DNA of 64,000 bases from Minisyncoccia bacterium (lineage in GTDB: Bacteria > Patescibacteriota > Minisyncoccia > Phycocordibacterales > UBA9973). The position numbers and the translations under genes were made by a program. The DNA is taken from NCBI GenBank assembly GCA_039809245.1, contig JBDHUP010000002.1, positions 75,188 to 139,187 of the forward strand, written 5' to 3'. Positions 41,829 through 51,164 of the stretch are shown in pieces (the first letter of the stretch is position 1; every line of letters begins with the position of its first letter). Below the pieces are notes generated by a model, which saw only the letters and a program-made list of their open reading frames with translations, was not told the DNA's origin and ran no database searches.

Positions 41829-43202
41829 ATGTCATCAAATGAACCTAAACTTACAGTTTCTGGCTACAGAGGAATATGGGGAGAAAGTCTAACCGTGCCT
41901 ATAGCCATACAATATGCAGTGGCTTATATAAAATCCATTAAAGAAAAAGCAAATCATCCACTGACTATTTTAATTGGTCGTGATGGAAGAGAAAGTGGTT
42001 TCCAAATAGTCGAGGAAATAGAAAAAGAATTAAAAAAATTAGGAGTAATTTGTATTAATGGAGACATCCTTCCGACTCCTACAGTTCTCTTTGCTGTACG
42101 TAAGCATTCATACGATGGTGCCATCATTGTAACTGCTAGTCATAATCCTATAGAATACAATGGATTAAAATTTGTAAATGAGAACGGCCTATTTATAGAT
42201 GGAGATCAAGTTAAAAGAGTAAAGAAATATTTTGATGATAAAGAGGAATATAAAACAGAGGATATTAAAAAAAATGAAAATAGTATAAAACCAGATTTTA
42301 TAAAAGAACACGTAGATCAAATAATAAAAAATATTAATTCAGAAAAAATAAAATCACGAAAATTTAAAATTGCAGTCGATATGATTAACGCATCGGCATG
42401 CTTGGAAGATGAATATTTATTTAATCAATTAGGTGTTGAGCTTATTTCTCTTAATAATATTCCTAATGGAAAATTTGCTCATAAACCAGAACCATTAAAA
42501 GAAAATCTATCTGAGATTGCTAAACTTGTGAAAGATTCTGATTGTGATATCGGTTTTGCTCAAGATCCTGACGCAGACCGGCTTGTTGTAGTTGATGAAC
42601 ACGGAGAAATTCTTTCAGAAGAATATACCCTTGCTCTTGGTGTCGAAGCAGTGTTGTCAAAATATAGATCTCTTCCAAGAGAAAGTAAGGTTGTGGTTAT
42701 AAATATGTCTACGTCTCAAATGAATGTTGATATTGCGAAATCTTATGATGGAATTTGTATAAGGACTAAAGTAGGTGAAGCCAATGTTGTTCAAGGGATA
42801 AAAGATAATAATGCAATTATTGGTGGTGAAGGTGGAGGTGGAATAATATACCCTGCTATAAATACAGCACGAGATAGCTTCACAAGTATGGCACTCATCT
42901 TAGAATTACTAGCAGAAAGAAATCAAACTATATCCGAAGTTGCCGGCTCACTTCCTAGATATGAAGTCAGGAAAGATAAGATGTCTATAAAAAGTGATAT
43001 ACAGAAAATATATAATGAAATTAAACTAAACTTTAATAATGCGCAGATAAATGAACTCGATGGTTTGAGATTAGATTTCAGTGATAATTCTTGGATTCAT
43101 CTACGTCCTTCAAATACAGAACCAATACTTCGCCTAATCGGTGAAGCGAAAACAAAAGATAGACTCGATGAGTTATTTGAAGAAGTAAAATTATTTTTAT
43201 AA
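41829..43202 (+). CDS. Phosphohexomutase (phosphomannomutase/phosphoglucosamine mutase)
   Basis: SGYRG, TASHNP, DPDADR, GEGGG, DGLR, RPSNTEP. Confidence 0.92.
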   Translation: MSSNEPKLTVSGYRGIWGESLTVPIAIQYAVAYIKSIKEKANHPLTILIGRDGRESGFQIVEEIEKELKKLGVICINGDILPTPTVLFAVRKHSYDGAIIVTASHNPIEYNGLKFVNENGLFIDGDQVKRVKKYFDDKEEYKTEDIKKNENSIKPDFIKEHVDQIIKNINSEKIKSRKFKIAVDMINASACLEDEYLFNQLGVELISLNNIPNGKFAHKPEPLKENLSEIAKLVKDSDCDIGFAQDPDADRLVVVDEHGEILSEEYTLALGVEAVLSKYRSLPRESKVVVINMSTSQMNVDIAKSYDGICIRTKVGEANVVQGIKDNNAIIGGEGGGGIIYPAINTARDSFTSMALILELLAERNQTISEVAGSLPRYEVRKDKMSIKSDIQKIYNEIKLNFNNAQINELDGLRLDFSDNSWIHLRPSNTEPILRLIGEAKTKDRLDELFEEVKLFL

Positions 43203-43281
43203 AATTTTTGGATTTGACAGATCTAGTTTTGTGTAATAGAATGATGGTCAACAAGATTTTTTAAAAATTAAAACAACGCAT

Positions 43282-44037
43282 ATGAAAAAGTTAATAGTTC
43301 CTAGTTCTACAGCAACACTAACTACGGTGGAAGTTGCTTTCAATGAATACAAGTATGTTGAACCTGAAAGTCTCCATTCTTTTAATGAAGATTACAAAAA
43401 GATTTTTCCAGCTTTAGCACAATTTATTAACCAAAGTCAGGGTAAAATTGTTTCTATTCCTGTTGGAAGAATACAAAACGACGGATCTTTTAAAACTAAG
43501 ATCCTTAATGGCCAGGTTTGTGAAGTTGGGGAAAATAACTTTTTCTTCAAAACCAAAGAGGATTTGAGCAGTGTTTATGATCATCCTGCTAAAATTTTGA
43601 TAAGGTTAGATAATGCCCTAGGCATGATTCCCCTTCATCCAGATTACCCGGATATGAACCCCCTGACAGTTAATATAAGGGAGTTCAGAAGCTACTTTAA
43701 GGCCCTCACTGGAATGAGGAACTTGCTGGCCGGCTGCATAGGCACTGAACATGCCCTCACTCTGTATTACAGATACAGCAAGAAAAATTCTAATTTCCGT
43801 AAAGGAGGTTATCGTTCAGAGGGTGAAGTATTGGAGGTAAATAAATCGAATATTGTTTACAACCACATGCGTACATTCACACATATACCTGGCCAACTGG
43901 TTTATGATTATGTAGATATGCGTCCACGTATAGAAACTGACCGTTTTGTTGCCCCGGATCGCTATCTTAGCAGAGTTGTTGTAATTTTGGGAACAAAGCA
44001 TGAGATAAATGTTCATGCTGACAATGATGAAAATTAA
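43282..44037 (+). CDS. Orphan hypothetical protein
   Basis: 251-aa ORF with its own TTGACA-N17-TAGAAT promoter and a terminator at 44057-44085. Confidence 0.7.
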   Translation: MKKLIVPSSTATLTTVEVAFNEYKYVEPESLHSFNEDYKKIFPALAQFINQSQGKIVSIPVGRIQNDGSFKTKILNGQVCEVGENNFFFKTKEDLSSVYDHPAKILIRLDNALGMIPLHPDYPDMNPLTVNIREFRSYFKALTGMRNLLAGCIGTEHALTLYYRYSKKNSNFRKGGYRSEGEVLEVNKSNIVYNHMRTFTHIPGQLVYDYVDMRPRIETDRFVAPDRYLSRVVVILGTKHEINVHADNDEN

Positions 44038-44108
44038 AGTAGAATTTAACAGGTCAAAGCCTCCGCAGTTATGTGGAGGCTTTTTTATTAAATATTTTTA
44101 AAATTTTT

Positions 44109-44621
44109 CTATCTTCCCCCTATCAAATATTTCTGTGGACTTAGAGAAAGATCTAAGAAGTCGTCGGCGGCTTCTTTAAGTTTCATTGAGGATGATTTAC
44201 CGAAGGATACGACTTCTACTTGGATACCAGATGTACCTTGTAAGTATTCTACGAGAGGAATAAAATCTCCATCACCGGCGACAAGGACGATAGCATCGAG
44301 TTTTGGAGCCATCTTCATAGCATCTACGGCTATTCCGACATCCCAGTCACCCTTCTTAGCTCCCCCTGAGAATATCTGAAGTTCTTTTGTTTTTGTTTCT
44401 ATTCCGAGTTTAGTCAGCGCATCGAAGAAATTCTTCTCCTCCCCTCCTTCTGAGGTTATAACGTAAGCGACTGCACGGACGAGTTTACGTCCAGCTACAG
44501 CGTCTTTGAGGACTGCTCCGAAATTGACTTTCCTTTTGTATAGATTCTTAGCGCTATGGTAGAGGTTCGATGTATCTATGAATACCCCGACTCTCTGTTC
44601 TTTATGTTTGATTATGCTCAT
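44109..44621 (-). CDS. NYN domain (LabA/DUF88) protein
   Basis: VFIDTSNL, KGDWDVGIAVD, LVAGDGDFIPLV. Confidence 0.9.
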   Translation of the reverse strand: MSIIKHKEQRVGVFIDTSNLYHSAKNLYKRKVNFGAVLKDAVAGRKLVRAVAYVITSEGGEEKNFFDALTKLGIETKTKELQIFSGGAKKGDWDVGIAVDAMKMAPKLDAIVLVAGDGDFIPLVEYLQGTSGIQVEVVSFGKSSSMKLKEAADDFLDLSLSPQKYLIGGR

Positions 44622-44667
44622 ATGTATATATTGTATCAAAACAAAATGCCCCTTGCGAGGCAGTTTG

Positions 44668-44928
44668 TTATGCTTTTATTGTCTTAAGTTGCGCTGCGTG
44701 TCTACTCTTATCTTTCTTTTCAAGATATTTAAGATGACTTCTTCGATCAGCGACCATCTTTATAAGGCCACGTCGAGAATGATTATCCTTCTTGTGTTCC
44801 TTTAAGTGAGATGCGAGTTCGTCGATTTTCTTACTTAAGATAGCGATCTGAACTTCAGGAGATCCTGTATCTTTGTCGTGAATCTGGCTCTTCTTTATAA
44901 TTATTTGCTTTTTCTTTGTTGTTAACAT
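44668..44928 (-). CDS. rpsO: 30S ribosomal protein S15
   Basis: [21 protein letters not shown]. Confidence 0.97.
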   Translation of the reverse strand: MLTTKKKQIIIKKSQIHDKDTGSPEVQIAILSKKIDELASHLKEHKKDNHSRRGLIKMVADRRSHLKYLEKKDKSRHAAQLKTIKA

Positions 44929-45097
44929 GTGCCTATATACTAGCACATATTGGAAAAAATTGCAAGACCCCCTCTATTTGACCACCCTACCCCTTTGTGG
45001 TAGTTTGAAGTAAATATTGTTAGATTGATCTGCTGCCTTTGTGCCTCAAAAGACTCAAAGATAACAGATCAATTTTTAAAAATTCTAAATTTTAGTC

Positions 45098-45565
45098 ATG
45101 AAAAGTTTAAAAAGTTTTTTCCCTGGATTTGCGTTAGCAAGTTCAGACTTTAGAAAAGTTACAAAAGATAACGCAACTTATCTTGCAGCTTTGGTCCCTT
45201 GGATAAATTTTATTTTTCTCACTGAATGTGGTGAAGGGAATGATTTTATGCCAGGACTGCGGTTTGTAAATGCAGAAGTTTATTTTGAAACTGAAGATGA
45301 ATACGTCTGGAGGGTCTATAAAGAGAAGTTTCAGAATGAATTTTCGTGGTTACTTGATTCCACAAAGGAACAGTTTGAAAAATATTTCTTCAATCCTGGG
45401 GAGATGAGCCAGTTTAAAGTTGAGACCGGCAAAGAGTTTGCCTATAGCAAATTCAGAATTAAGGTTAAAAAAATTATTCTGGTGCGATCGGAGCCCTTCG
45501 TTCACCAAAATGCATTAACTGAATCAGAAACGGTTACTAAGTTTAATTCATTAAAAGGAATCTGA
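45098..45565 (+). CDS. Orphan hypothetical protein
   Basis: 155-aa ORF with TTGACC-N17-TAGTTT promoter, leader hairpin 45023-45074 and terminator 45575-45614. Confidence 0.65.
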   Translation: MKSLKSFFPGFALASSDFRKVTKDNATYLAALVPWINFIFLTECGEGNDFMPGLRFVNAEVYFETEDEYVWRVYKEKFQNEFSWLLDSTKEQFEKYFFNPGEMSQFKVETGKEFAYSKFRIKVKKIILVRSEPFVHQNALTESETVTKFNSLKGI

Positions 45566-45627
45566 TTTTCTACAAAGGCTAGCTATAACCGCGTAGTTTA
45601 TAGCTAGCCTTTTATTGTTCTGTTGAT

Positions 45628-45665
45628 AACTTTAGTTGACTAAAGTACTTTAGTTTGATAAAGTG
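45628..45665. promoter_or_regulatory. Two tandem HisR/YerC-type operators overlapping the promoter
   Basis: aACTTTAgttgacTAAAGTa and tACTTTAgtttgaTAAAGTg; -35 TTGACT and -10 TAAAGT lie inside them. Confidence 0.75.
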
Positions 45666-45671
45666 GACTAT

Positions 45672-46013
45672 ATGGAGATTAATTGGAATAAAAAAGAAAA
45701 TAATCAGTTTTTAAATGCTATCTTAGCAATAGAATCAAAAGAAGAGGCTAAGTTTTTTCTGCGCGATCTTATGACTGAAAGCGAAATTATAGAGTTTGGT
45801 AAGCGCCTTGAAGCTGCTCGCCTACTCTCTCGCAATACTCAGTACACTGCGATCATTGAGCTCACCGGCCTTTCTTCTACTACTGTTGCCCGTATTTCTA
45901 AATGGCTTAAAGGCTCGCTAGGAGGTTATCGCCTTATTCTTGGACGTCTAGCAAATATGCATCATCACAATTCTATCAAACTTGGGAAAGGATTGTCTTT
46001 GAAGCGTACGTAA
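45672..46013 (+). CDS. YerC/YecD TrpR-like (HisR) transcriptional repressor
   Basis: FLRDL.T..EI.....RL..ARLL......Y..I...TGLSSTTVARIS.WL..G.GGY; C-terminal HHH. Confidence 0.9.
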   Translation: MEINWNKKENNQFLNAILAIESKEEAKFFLRDLMTESEIIEFGKRLEAARLLSRNTQYTAIIELTGLSSTTVARISKWLKGSLGGYRLILGRLANMHHHNSIKLGKGLSLKRT

Positions 46014-46031
46014 ATTCTACAACTCGAAACC

Positions 46032-46070
46032 AACCCTCTCTTAAGTTTACTTGAGAGAGGGTTTTGTGTT
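46032..46070 (+). terminator. Terminator/attenuator hairpin after the yerC-like gene
   Basis: aaccctctcttaag-ttta-cttgagagagggtt followed by a T-rich tail. Confidence 0.75.
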
Positions 46071-46114
46071 GTGCAAAGCTCTAACAAAATTTTGTACATT
46101 TAAAATTTAATAAA

Positions 46115-46318
46115 ATGGAAAAAGAATGTAAAAAATCCCCCAACCATATTCATGTTTGGAGTGAACCTCGATTTGAAGATTCAATTGATAAAAATCGTTC
46201 TGATGAAATTAAATGGCACTGCATTTTTTGCTTTTTACAAGTAGTAAAAACCTATGATGATATGATTATGGAAACAAATGATTCACGAATTGTAGACTTT
46301 GGAAGGAAGAATCCATAA
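46115..46318 (+). CDS. Small hypothetical protein, possibly metal-binding
   Basis: C......H.H.W...CxxC; followed by a terminator at 46345-46368. Confidence 0.55.
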   Translation: MEKECKKSPNHIHVWSEPRFEDSIDKNRSDEIKWHCIFCFLQVVKTYDDMIMETNDSRIVDFGRKNP

Positions 46319-46397
46319 ATAAATGATTCAAATAGTTTGCCTAATAAAAACCCTTTTTAAGGGTTTTTTCCATGTGCTATAATTATTGTACGACATT

Positions 46398-47315
46398 ATG
46401 GCAACCCGACTCGACCAATTAAAAAGAGAATTCCTTGAGCATGTAGAAATAGAGAAAGGAAATAGTTTAAAGACGGTGAACAACTATGATCACTACCTAA
46501 CTCGCTTTTTTGAATTTGCGAAAATTACTGATCCGAAAGATATCACCGATGATAAAATTCGTGAGTTCCGTTTATATTTGAATCGCCAACCAGGAGTGAA
46601 AATTCGTGGACAGCAAGCAAGTACACTGAAGAAGAATACTCAGAATTATCATCTTATCGCTCTTCGTTCATTCCTTAAATATATGATGAAGCGCGATGTA
46701 AAATCTTTAGCCCCAGATCGCATTGAACTTGCCAAGATTAAAGAGCGCTCACTAGACCTGATCTCTTCCGATGAACTTGGTCGGTTGCTCGGTGCCCCAG
46801 ATCTTTCTAATCCGAAAGGTTTAAGAGATAAAGCACTGCTTGAATTATTTTTCTCTACAGGGCTTCGTCTCTCTGAGCTCTGTTCTCTAGACCGCGACAT
46901 CGATTTATCGAAAGATGAATTTTCTATTCGTGGTAAAGGAGAAAAGGTTCGAGTCGTTTTTCTTTCCGATTCTGCCAAAGATGCAATACGTGCATACTTG
47001 AAAGCTAGGAAAGATTTAGATGAACCACTGTTTATCCAATACTCACGCAATGGAGCCAAAGGCAACCGATTAACACCTAGGTCTATCGAGCGAATCGTGA
47101 AGTTCTATGCAATTAAAGCAGGAATTTCAAAAAAGGTTACCCCTCACGTCATTCGCCACTCATTCGCCACTGATTTACTATCAAATGGCGCCGACATACG
47201 TTCGGTGCAGATGATGCTCGGCCATGCCAATATCGCTACAACTCAGATTTATACTCACATCACTGACAAGCAACTTCGTGATGTACATAAAAAGTTTCAC
47301 AGTAAAGGAAAGTAA
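46398..47315 (+). CDS. Tyrosine recombinase, XerC/XerD family
   Basis: RDKALLEL.FSTGLR.SEL, GKG.K.R, TPH.IRHSFAT, LGHANI.TTQIYTH. Confidence 0.95.
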   Translation: MATRLDQLKREFLEHVEIEKGNSLKTVNNYDHYLTRFFEFAKITDPKDITDDKIREFRLYLNRQPGVKIRGQQASTLKKNTQNYHLIALRSFLKYMMKRDVKSLAPDRIELAKIKERSLDLISSDELGRLLGAPDLSNPKGLRDKALLELFFSTGLRLSELCSLDRDIDLSKDEFSIRGKGEKVRVVFLSDSAKDAIRAYLKARKDLDEPLFIQYSRNGAKGNRLTPRSIERIVKFYAIKAGISKKVTPHVIRHSFATDLLSNGADIRSVQMMLGHANIATTQIYTHITDKQLRDVHKKFHSKGK

Positions 47316-47331
47316 TATACAATAATACGAT

Positions 47332-48126
47332 ATGAAAATAATATCTTGGAATGTAAATGGAATAAGGGCGGTACATAAGAAAAACCTTTTCGTGCCTTTT
47401 GTGAAGAAGTACAAGCCAGATATTATTTGTCTTCAGGAAACGAAAGCCGAACAACACCAGAGTGAAGTTGATCTACCAGACTATGAAGAGTATTGGAATT
47501 CAGCTACTCGCAAGGGTTACAGTGGTACAGCTATTTTTACAAAAACGAAACCCATTTCTATCTTGCTCGATATTCCGAAAGATATCGCTAAGAAATTTAA
47601 ATTAACTGCTGATGAGTACGGCGATGCAAATGCTGAGGGCCGAGTCATCGCAGCTGAATTTAAAGATTTCTATATAGTTACAGTTTATACTCCGAACGCC
47701 AAAGACGATCTCTCTCGTGTTCCTCTTAGGCATAAAGTCTGGGACAGAGCCTTCCTTGCTTATATGCAAATGCTTGAGAAAAAGAAGCCAGTTATATTTT
47801 GTGGTGATTTGAATGTTGCACATACTCCGGATGATCTTGCTCGACCGAAAGAGAATGTGGGTAAGAAAGGATTTACAGATGAAGAACGCGAAGGCTTCCA
47901 GAATTTCGTTGATGCTGGATTTGTAGATACATTCAGAATGTTCACCAAAGGTAATGGTCACTATACTTGGTGGAGTCATTTTGCTGGTGCACGGGCTCGG
48001 AACGTCGGCTGGAGGATAGACTACTTCCTTGTATCATCTAAATTAAAATCAAAAGTAAAAAGCGCAAAAATTCTCCCCGATGTCATGGGCTCTGACCACT
48101 GCCCTATTTTACTTGAATTGAAGTAA
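47332..48126 (+). CDS. xth: Exodeoxyribonuclease III
   Basis: ISWNVNGIRA, LQETK, GDLNVAH, GWRIDY, SDHCP. Confidence 0.96.
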   Translation: MKIISWNVNGIRAVHKKNLFVPFVKKYKPDIICLQETKAEQHQSEVDLPDYEEYWNSATRKGYSGTAIFTKTKPISILLDIPKDIAKKFKLTADEYGDANAEGRVIAAEFKDFYIVTVYTPNAKDDLSRVPLRHKVWDRAFLAYMQMLEKKKPVIFCGDLNVAHTPDDLARPKENVGKKGFTDEEREGFQNFVDAGFVDTFRMFTKGNGHYTWWSHFAGARARNVGWRIDYFLVSSKLKSKVKSAKILPDVMGSDHCPILLELK

Positions 48127-48163
48127 TTTGTTTTTTCACTTTTATATGTTAGATTAAGTTCGA

Positions 48164-48292
48164 ATGATAAGAAGAATTTTAATTAAGATAATTGCGGTTA
48201 TAGTAATCATAATTATTAGCCTGGTCTTGGAGTCTAACTCCAAGAGTGACTTACCACCAATGGCCAAGATGGCCATTGGTGCAGGGCATTAA
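48164..48292 (+). CDS. 42-aa single-TM microprotein
   Basis: MIRRILIKIIAVIVIIIISLVLESNSKSDLPPMAKMAIGAGH*; upstream -10-like box; terminator 48318-48346. Confidence 0.5.
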   Translation: MIRRILIKIIAVIVIIIISLVLESNSKSDLPPMAKMAIGAGH

Positions 48293-48397
48293 AACGGTAT
48301 CACCCCGAATGGTGACAGATCTGCTATCGCAGATCTTTTTTTATTTTGTAACTAAAATTTAGAATGTTATAATAGATATGAAATAAAAACCTCGATT

Positions 48398-48742
48398 ATG
48401 AAAAAGAATCACCACATTCCAGTGGCATTCAGAATGCCAGAAGTAATTCAATTTTTAACCCGTTCTGACTACAATGTAGAAGAACAAATAAAAAACCTAA
48501 AAATAGAACATAATCATTTGAAAGACAAATATTTTGAAATAATTGAAAAATCTCGTTTTCCGAGGATTCAACTAGTGGCATTATCAAAAGAGTACAACCA
48601 GTTACTTATTGATACTTGCCAATTTGCTTCTGTTAATGAACATACCCCGTATATCTCCATAATTAGAGAAATCTATACAGTTGTGGAGGCAACAATGTTT
48701 GCTATATGGAGGTATATGTACAGTAAAAATTACTGCTCATAA
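48398..48742 (+). CDS. Hypothetical protein
   Basis: 114-aa ORF with TGTTATAAT upstream. Confidence 0.6.
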   Translation: MKKNHHIPVAFRMPEVIQFLTRSDYNVEEQIKNLKIEHNHLKDKYFEIIEKSRFPRIQLVALSKEYNQLLIDTCQFASVNEHTPYISIIREIYTVVEATMFAIWRYMYSKNYCS

Positions 48743-48783
48743 ATCCATGTCTAAAATATAAAATAGTCAGGTTAACCACCTGG

Positions 48784-49143
48784 CTATTTTTTAATTATTC
48801 GAGCGTGGCGACGAATATGTGTACCCCAATGTGGCTTCTGGAAACGCTTGTATATTTTTGCAAAATCTTTTGTTTTATAAATTATGATAAATTTATCTCG
48901 GTATGTTAGACCTTGGATTGTAGATCCAATAAGAATTCCAATTATAGTAGGTGCTTCCATTTTAAAATAGAACATAAAAATTAAAATTAACCCGGTCCAG
49001 ATATAGTGGTGAATGTGAATACTGTACTCTCCTACTTTAAAAAACAACCCATTTTCCTTTTTGTGCCCTTCATAATGTCCTGACACATGTGAAGAGATCA
49101 TGAATCCTAATATAGAACCGATAATGATTAAAATAGTTTGCAT
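48784..49143 (-). CDS. Small membrane protein with HIHH motif
   Basis: Three hydrophobic segments, YSIHIHHYIW. Confidence 0.7.
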   Translation of the reverse strand: MQTILIIIGSILGFMISSHVSGHYEGHKKENGLFFKVGEYSIHIHHYIWTGLILIFMFYFKMEAPTIIGILIGSTIQGLTYRDKFIIIYKTKDFAKIYKRFQKPHWGTHIRRHARIIKK

Positions 49144-49208
49144 AAAATTTATTCTATTATAAATATAGCATTTAATTTGAATTGTGAGATAATAATTATA
49201 TAAAATTT

Positions 49209-50906
49209 ATGGAAACAAAAAACTGTCAGAACTGTAAGAAAGATTTTAATATAGATGAGCGAGATCAACTTTACTATAAGAAGATCAATGTCCCCCATCC
49301 GACTTGGTGCCCGGAGTGTCGGCTTGTTCGACGTTTTTCATCACAGAATACTTGGAATTTAAGTTGGCGTAACTGTGCTAAATGTGGCGATAAGACTCTT
49401 TCAGTTTATTCGCCCGAACAAGAAATAAATGTCTATTGTCAGCCGTGTTGGTGGAAAGATGATTGGGATGGAACAGAATACGGAATGGACTATGATCCGA
49501 ACAGGCCGTTTTTAGAGCAGCTAGAAGAGCTTTCTAATAAAACTCCATATTCTGCGCTAACAAGCCTATACACTAGTAATAAGAATTGTAATTACGCCAA
49601 CGCCCTTGCTTGGTCAAAAGACTGTTATTTAGTATTTTGGGCTGATTTTTGTGACAGCGTACTCTATTCTTCATTGCTTAATACAGTTAAAAATAGTGCT
49701 GATTGCTTGCGAGCGTTAGACTCTGAATTATGTTACGAATCAATCGGGATAAATAAGTGTTATCAAACTTTCTTTTCAGAAGAATGTGAAGCTTGTGTTG
49801 ATGTTTGGTTTTCTCGTAATTGCTACAACTGTACAAATTGTATTGGTTGTGCAAATTTACGAGGTGAATCGTACTGTATTTTCAATGAGAAATATTCAAA
49901 AGAAGATTATGCCGAGAAAGTTAAAGAACTCGGCTTAGACTCTTGGGATAAACTACAAGATTTACAAAAGAAATCTCGAGCATTTTGGCTTACAAAACCA
50001 TACCGCTCATATACTGGGAACTCACTCAACTTAAATGTAACTGGTGAGTACACTTACGAATCAAAAAATTCAGAAGATATGTATATATGTACTGGGGCAG
50101 AAGATTGTAGAAGATGTCAGTTTATAACAGTAAAGCCAGCCAAAGACTGCTTAGATTATTCTGGTTGGGGCAACAACGCTACTAACATCTATGAATCTGT
50201 AACTGTTGGCGAGAATTCAGATTCTTGTTCATTCTGTCTTGAATGTTGGCCTGACGTGTTTAATCTACAGTATTGTATTTTTAGCATTGCAGGTAAAAAT
50301 AATTTTGGGTGTGTGAATTTAAAAAGAAAATCATATTGTATTTTAAATAAAGAATATTCGAAAGAAGAATTTGAAGAATTGAAAGCAAAAATTATAGAAG
50401 ATATGAAGAAAAATCCATACACAGATAAACTTGGACGCAAATTCTATTATGGAGAGTTTTTCCCTCCAGAGTTGAGTAAATTTGCTTACAATAAATCTAA
50501 CGCTTCTAAATTTTTTCCGAAAGAAAAAGGAGAAGTCTTATCTGAAGGTTACATATGGAGTGATATTGAAAATCCAACAACGGAAGCCACAATAAAATCT
50601 TCTGATCTGCCACTGACTATAAATATTACAGACGAATCAATATTAAAAGAAGTCATTGCGTGTTCTGACTGTTCTAGGGCTTACAAGATAAATAATGATG
50701 AATTGAATTTACTGCGTAAATTCAACATTCCTCTCCCGCATGAATGTCCTAAATGTAGAGAAAATAAACGTTTCGGTAGATGTAATCCAATACATCTTTG
50801 GGAAAGGAATTGTGCAAAATGTAATGAACCTGTTTCTACTGCATTTGCTCCAGATCGACCAGAAGTTATCTATTGTGAGAAATGTTATCAGCAAGAATTT
50901 GTGTAA
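49209..50906 (+). CDS. Cys-rich CPR-type protein; paralog of 34872..36557
   Basis: Same motif series: C..C.KDF.I, CPECR..RR, YC..CWW.D.WD, YCEKCYQQE. Confidence 0.85.
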   Translation: METKNCQNCKKDFNIDERDQLYYKKINVPHPTWCPECRLVRRFSSQNTWNLSWRNCAKCGDKTLSVYSPEQEINVYCQPCWWKDDWDGTEYGMDYDPNRPFLEQLEELSNKTPYSALTSLYTSNKNCNYANALAWSKDCYLVFWADFCDSVLYSSLLNTVKNSADCLRALDSELCYESIGINKCYQTFFSEECEACVDVWFSRNCYNCTNCIGCANLRGESYCIFNEKYSKEDYAEKVKELGLDSWDKLQDLQKKSRAFWLTKPYRSYTGNSLNLNVTGEYTYESKNSEDMYICTGAEDCRRCQFITVKPAKDCLDYSGWGNNATNIYESVTVGENSDSCSFCLECWPDVFNLQYCIFSIAGKNNFGCVNLKRKSYCILNKEYSKEEFEELKAKIIEDMKKNPYTDKLGRKFYYGEFFPPELSKFAYNKSNASKFFPKEKGEVLSEGYIWSDIENPTTEATIKSSDLPLTINITDESILKEVIACSDCSRAYKINNDELNLLRKFNIPLPHECPKCRENKRFGRCNPIHLWERNCAKCNEPVSTAFAPDRPEVIYCEKCYQQEFV

Positions 50907-50978
50907 AATAGTCATATTTTACAATGTTATTTTTTTGTGTTAGGATATAAATAATTCACTAACCAAAAACCAACCTAT

Positions 50979-51116
50979 ATGAAGAAAGTATTCCGAAGCA
51001 CTGTAAGTTTTTTTAGTTATGTTCTTATGTTCAAATGGTGGCCTAAAGGCAATACCGAAAATTTAGAAGATATACAAGCCCCGCAGGTTTCCGAAGGACT
51101 CTGGTCTGATATGTGA
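50979..51116 (+). CDS. 45-aa microprotein
   Basis: MKKVFRSTVSFFSYVLMFKWWPKGNTENLEDIQAPQVSEGLWSDM*; A-rich upstream region. Confidence 0.4.
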   Translation: MKKVFRSTVSFFSYVLMFKWWPKGNTENLEDIQAPQVSEGLWSDM

Positions 51117-51164
51117 GATCTTCGCTAAAGAATTATAATTCCACAATTTATTGCTGGAATTTTT

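Noticed and set aside
46398-47315. Integron or prophage integrase, with the leader hairpins as attC sites
   Set aside because: It looks like a housekeeping Xer without the IntI insertion; the hairpins lie 5' of genes that have their own promoters and lack consistent RYYYAAC/GTTRRRY ends.
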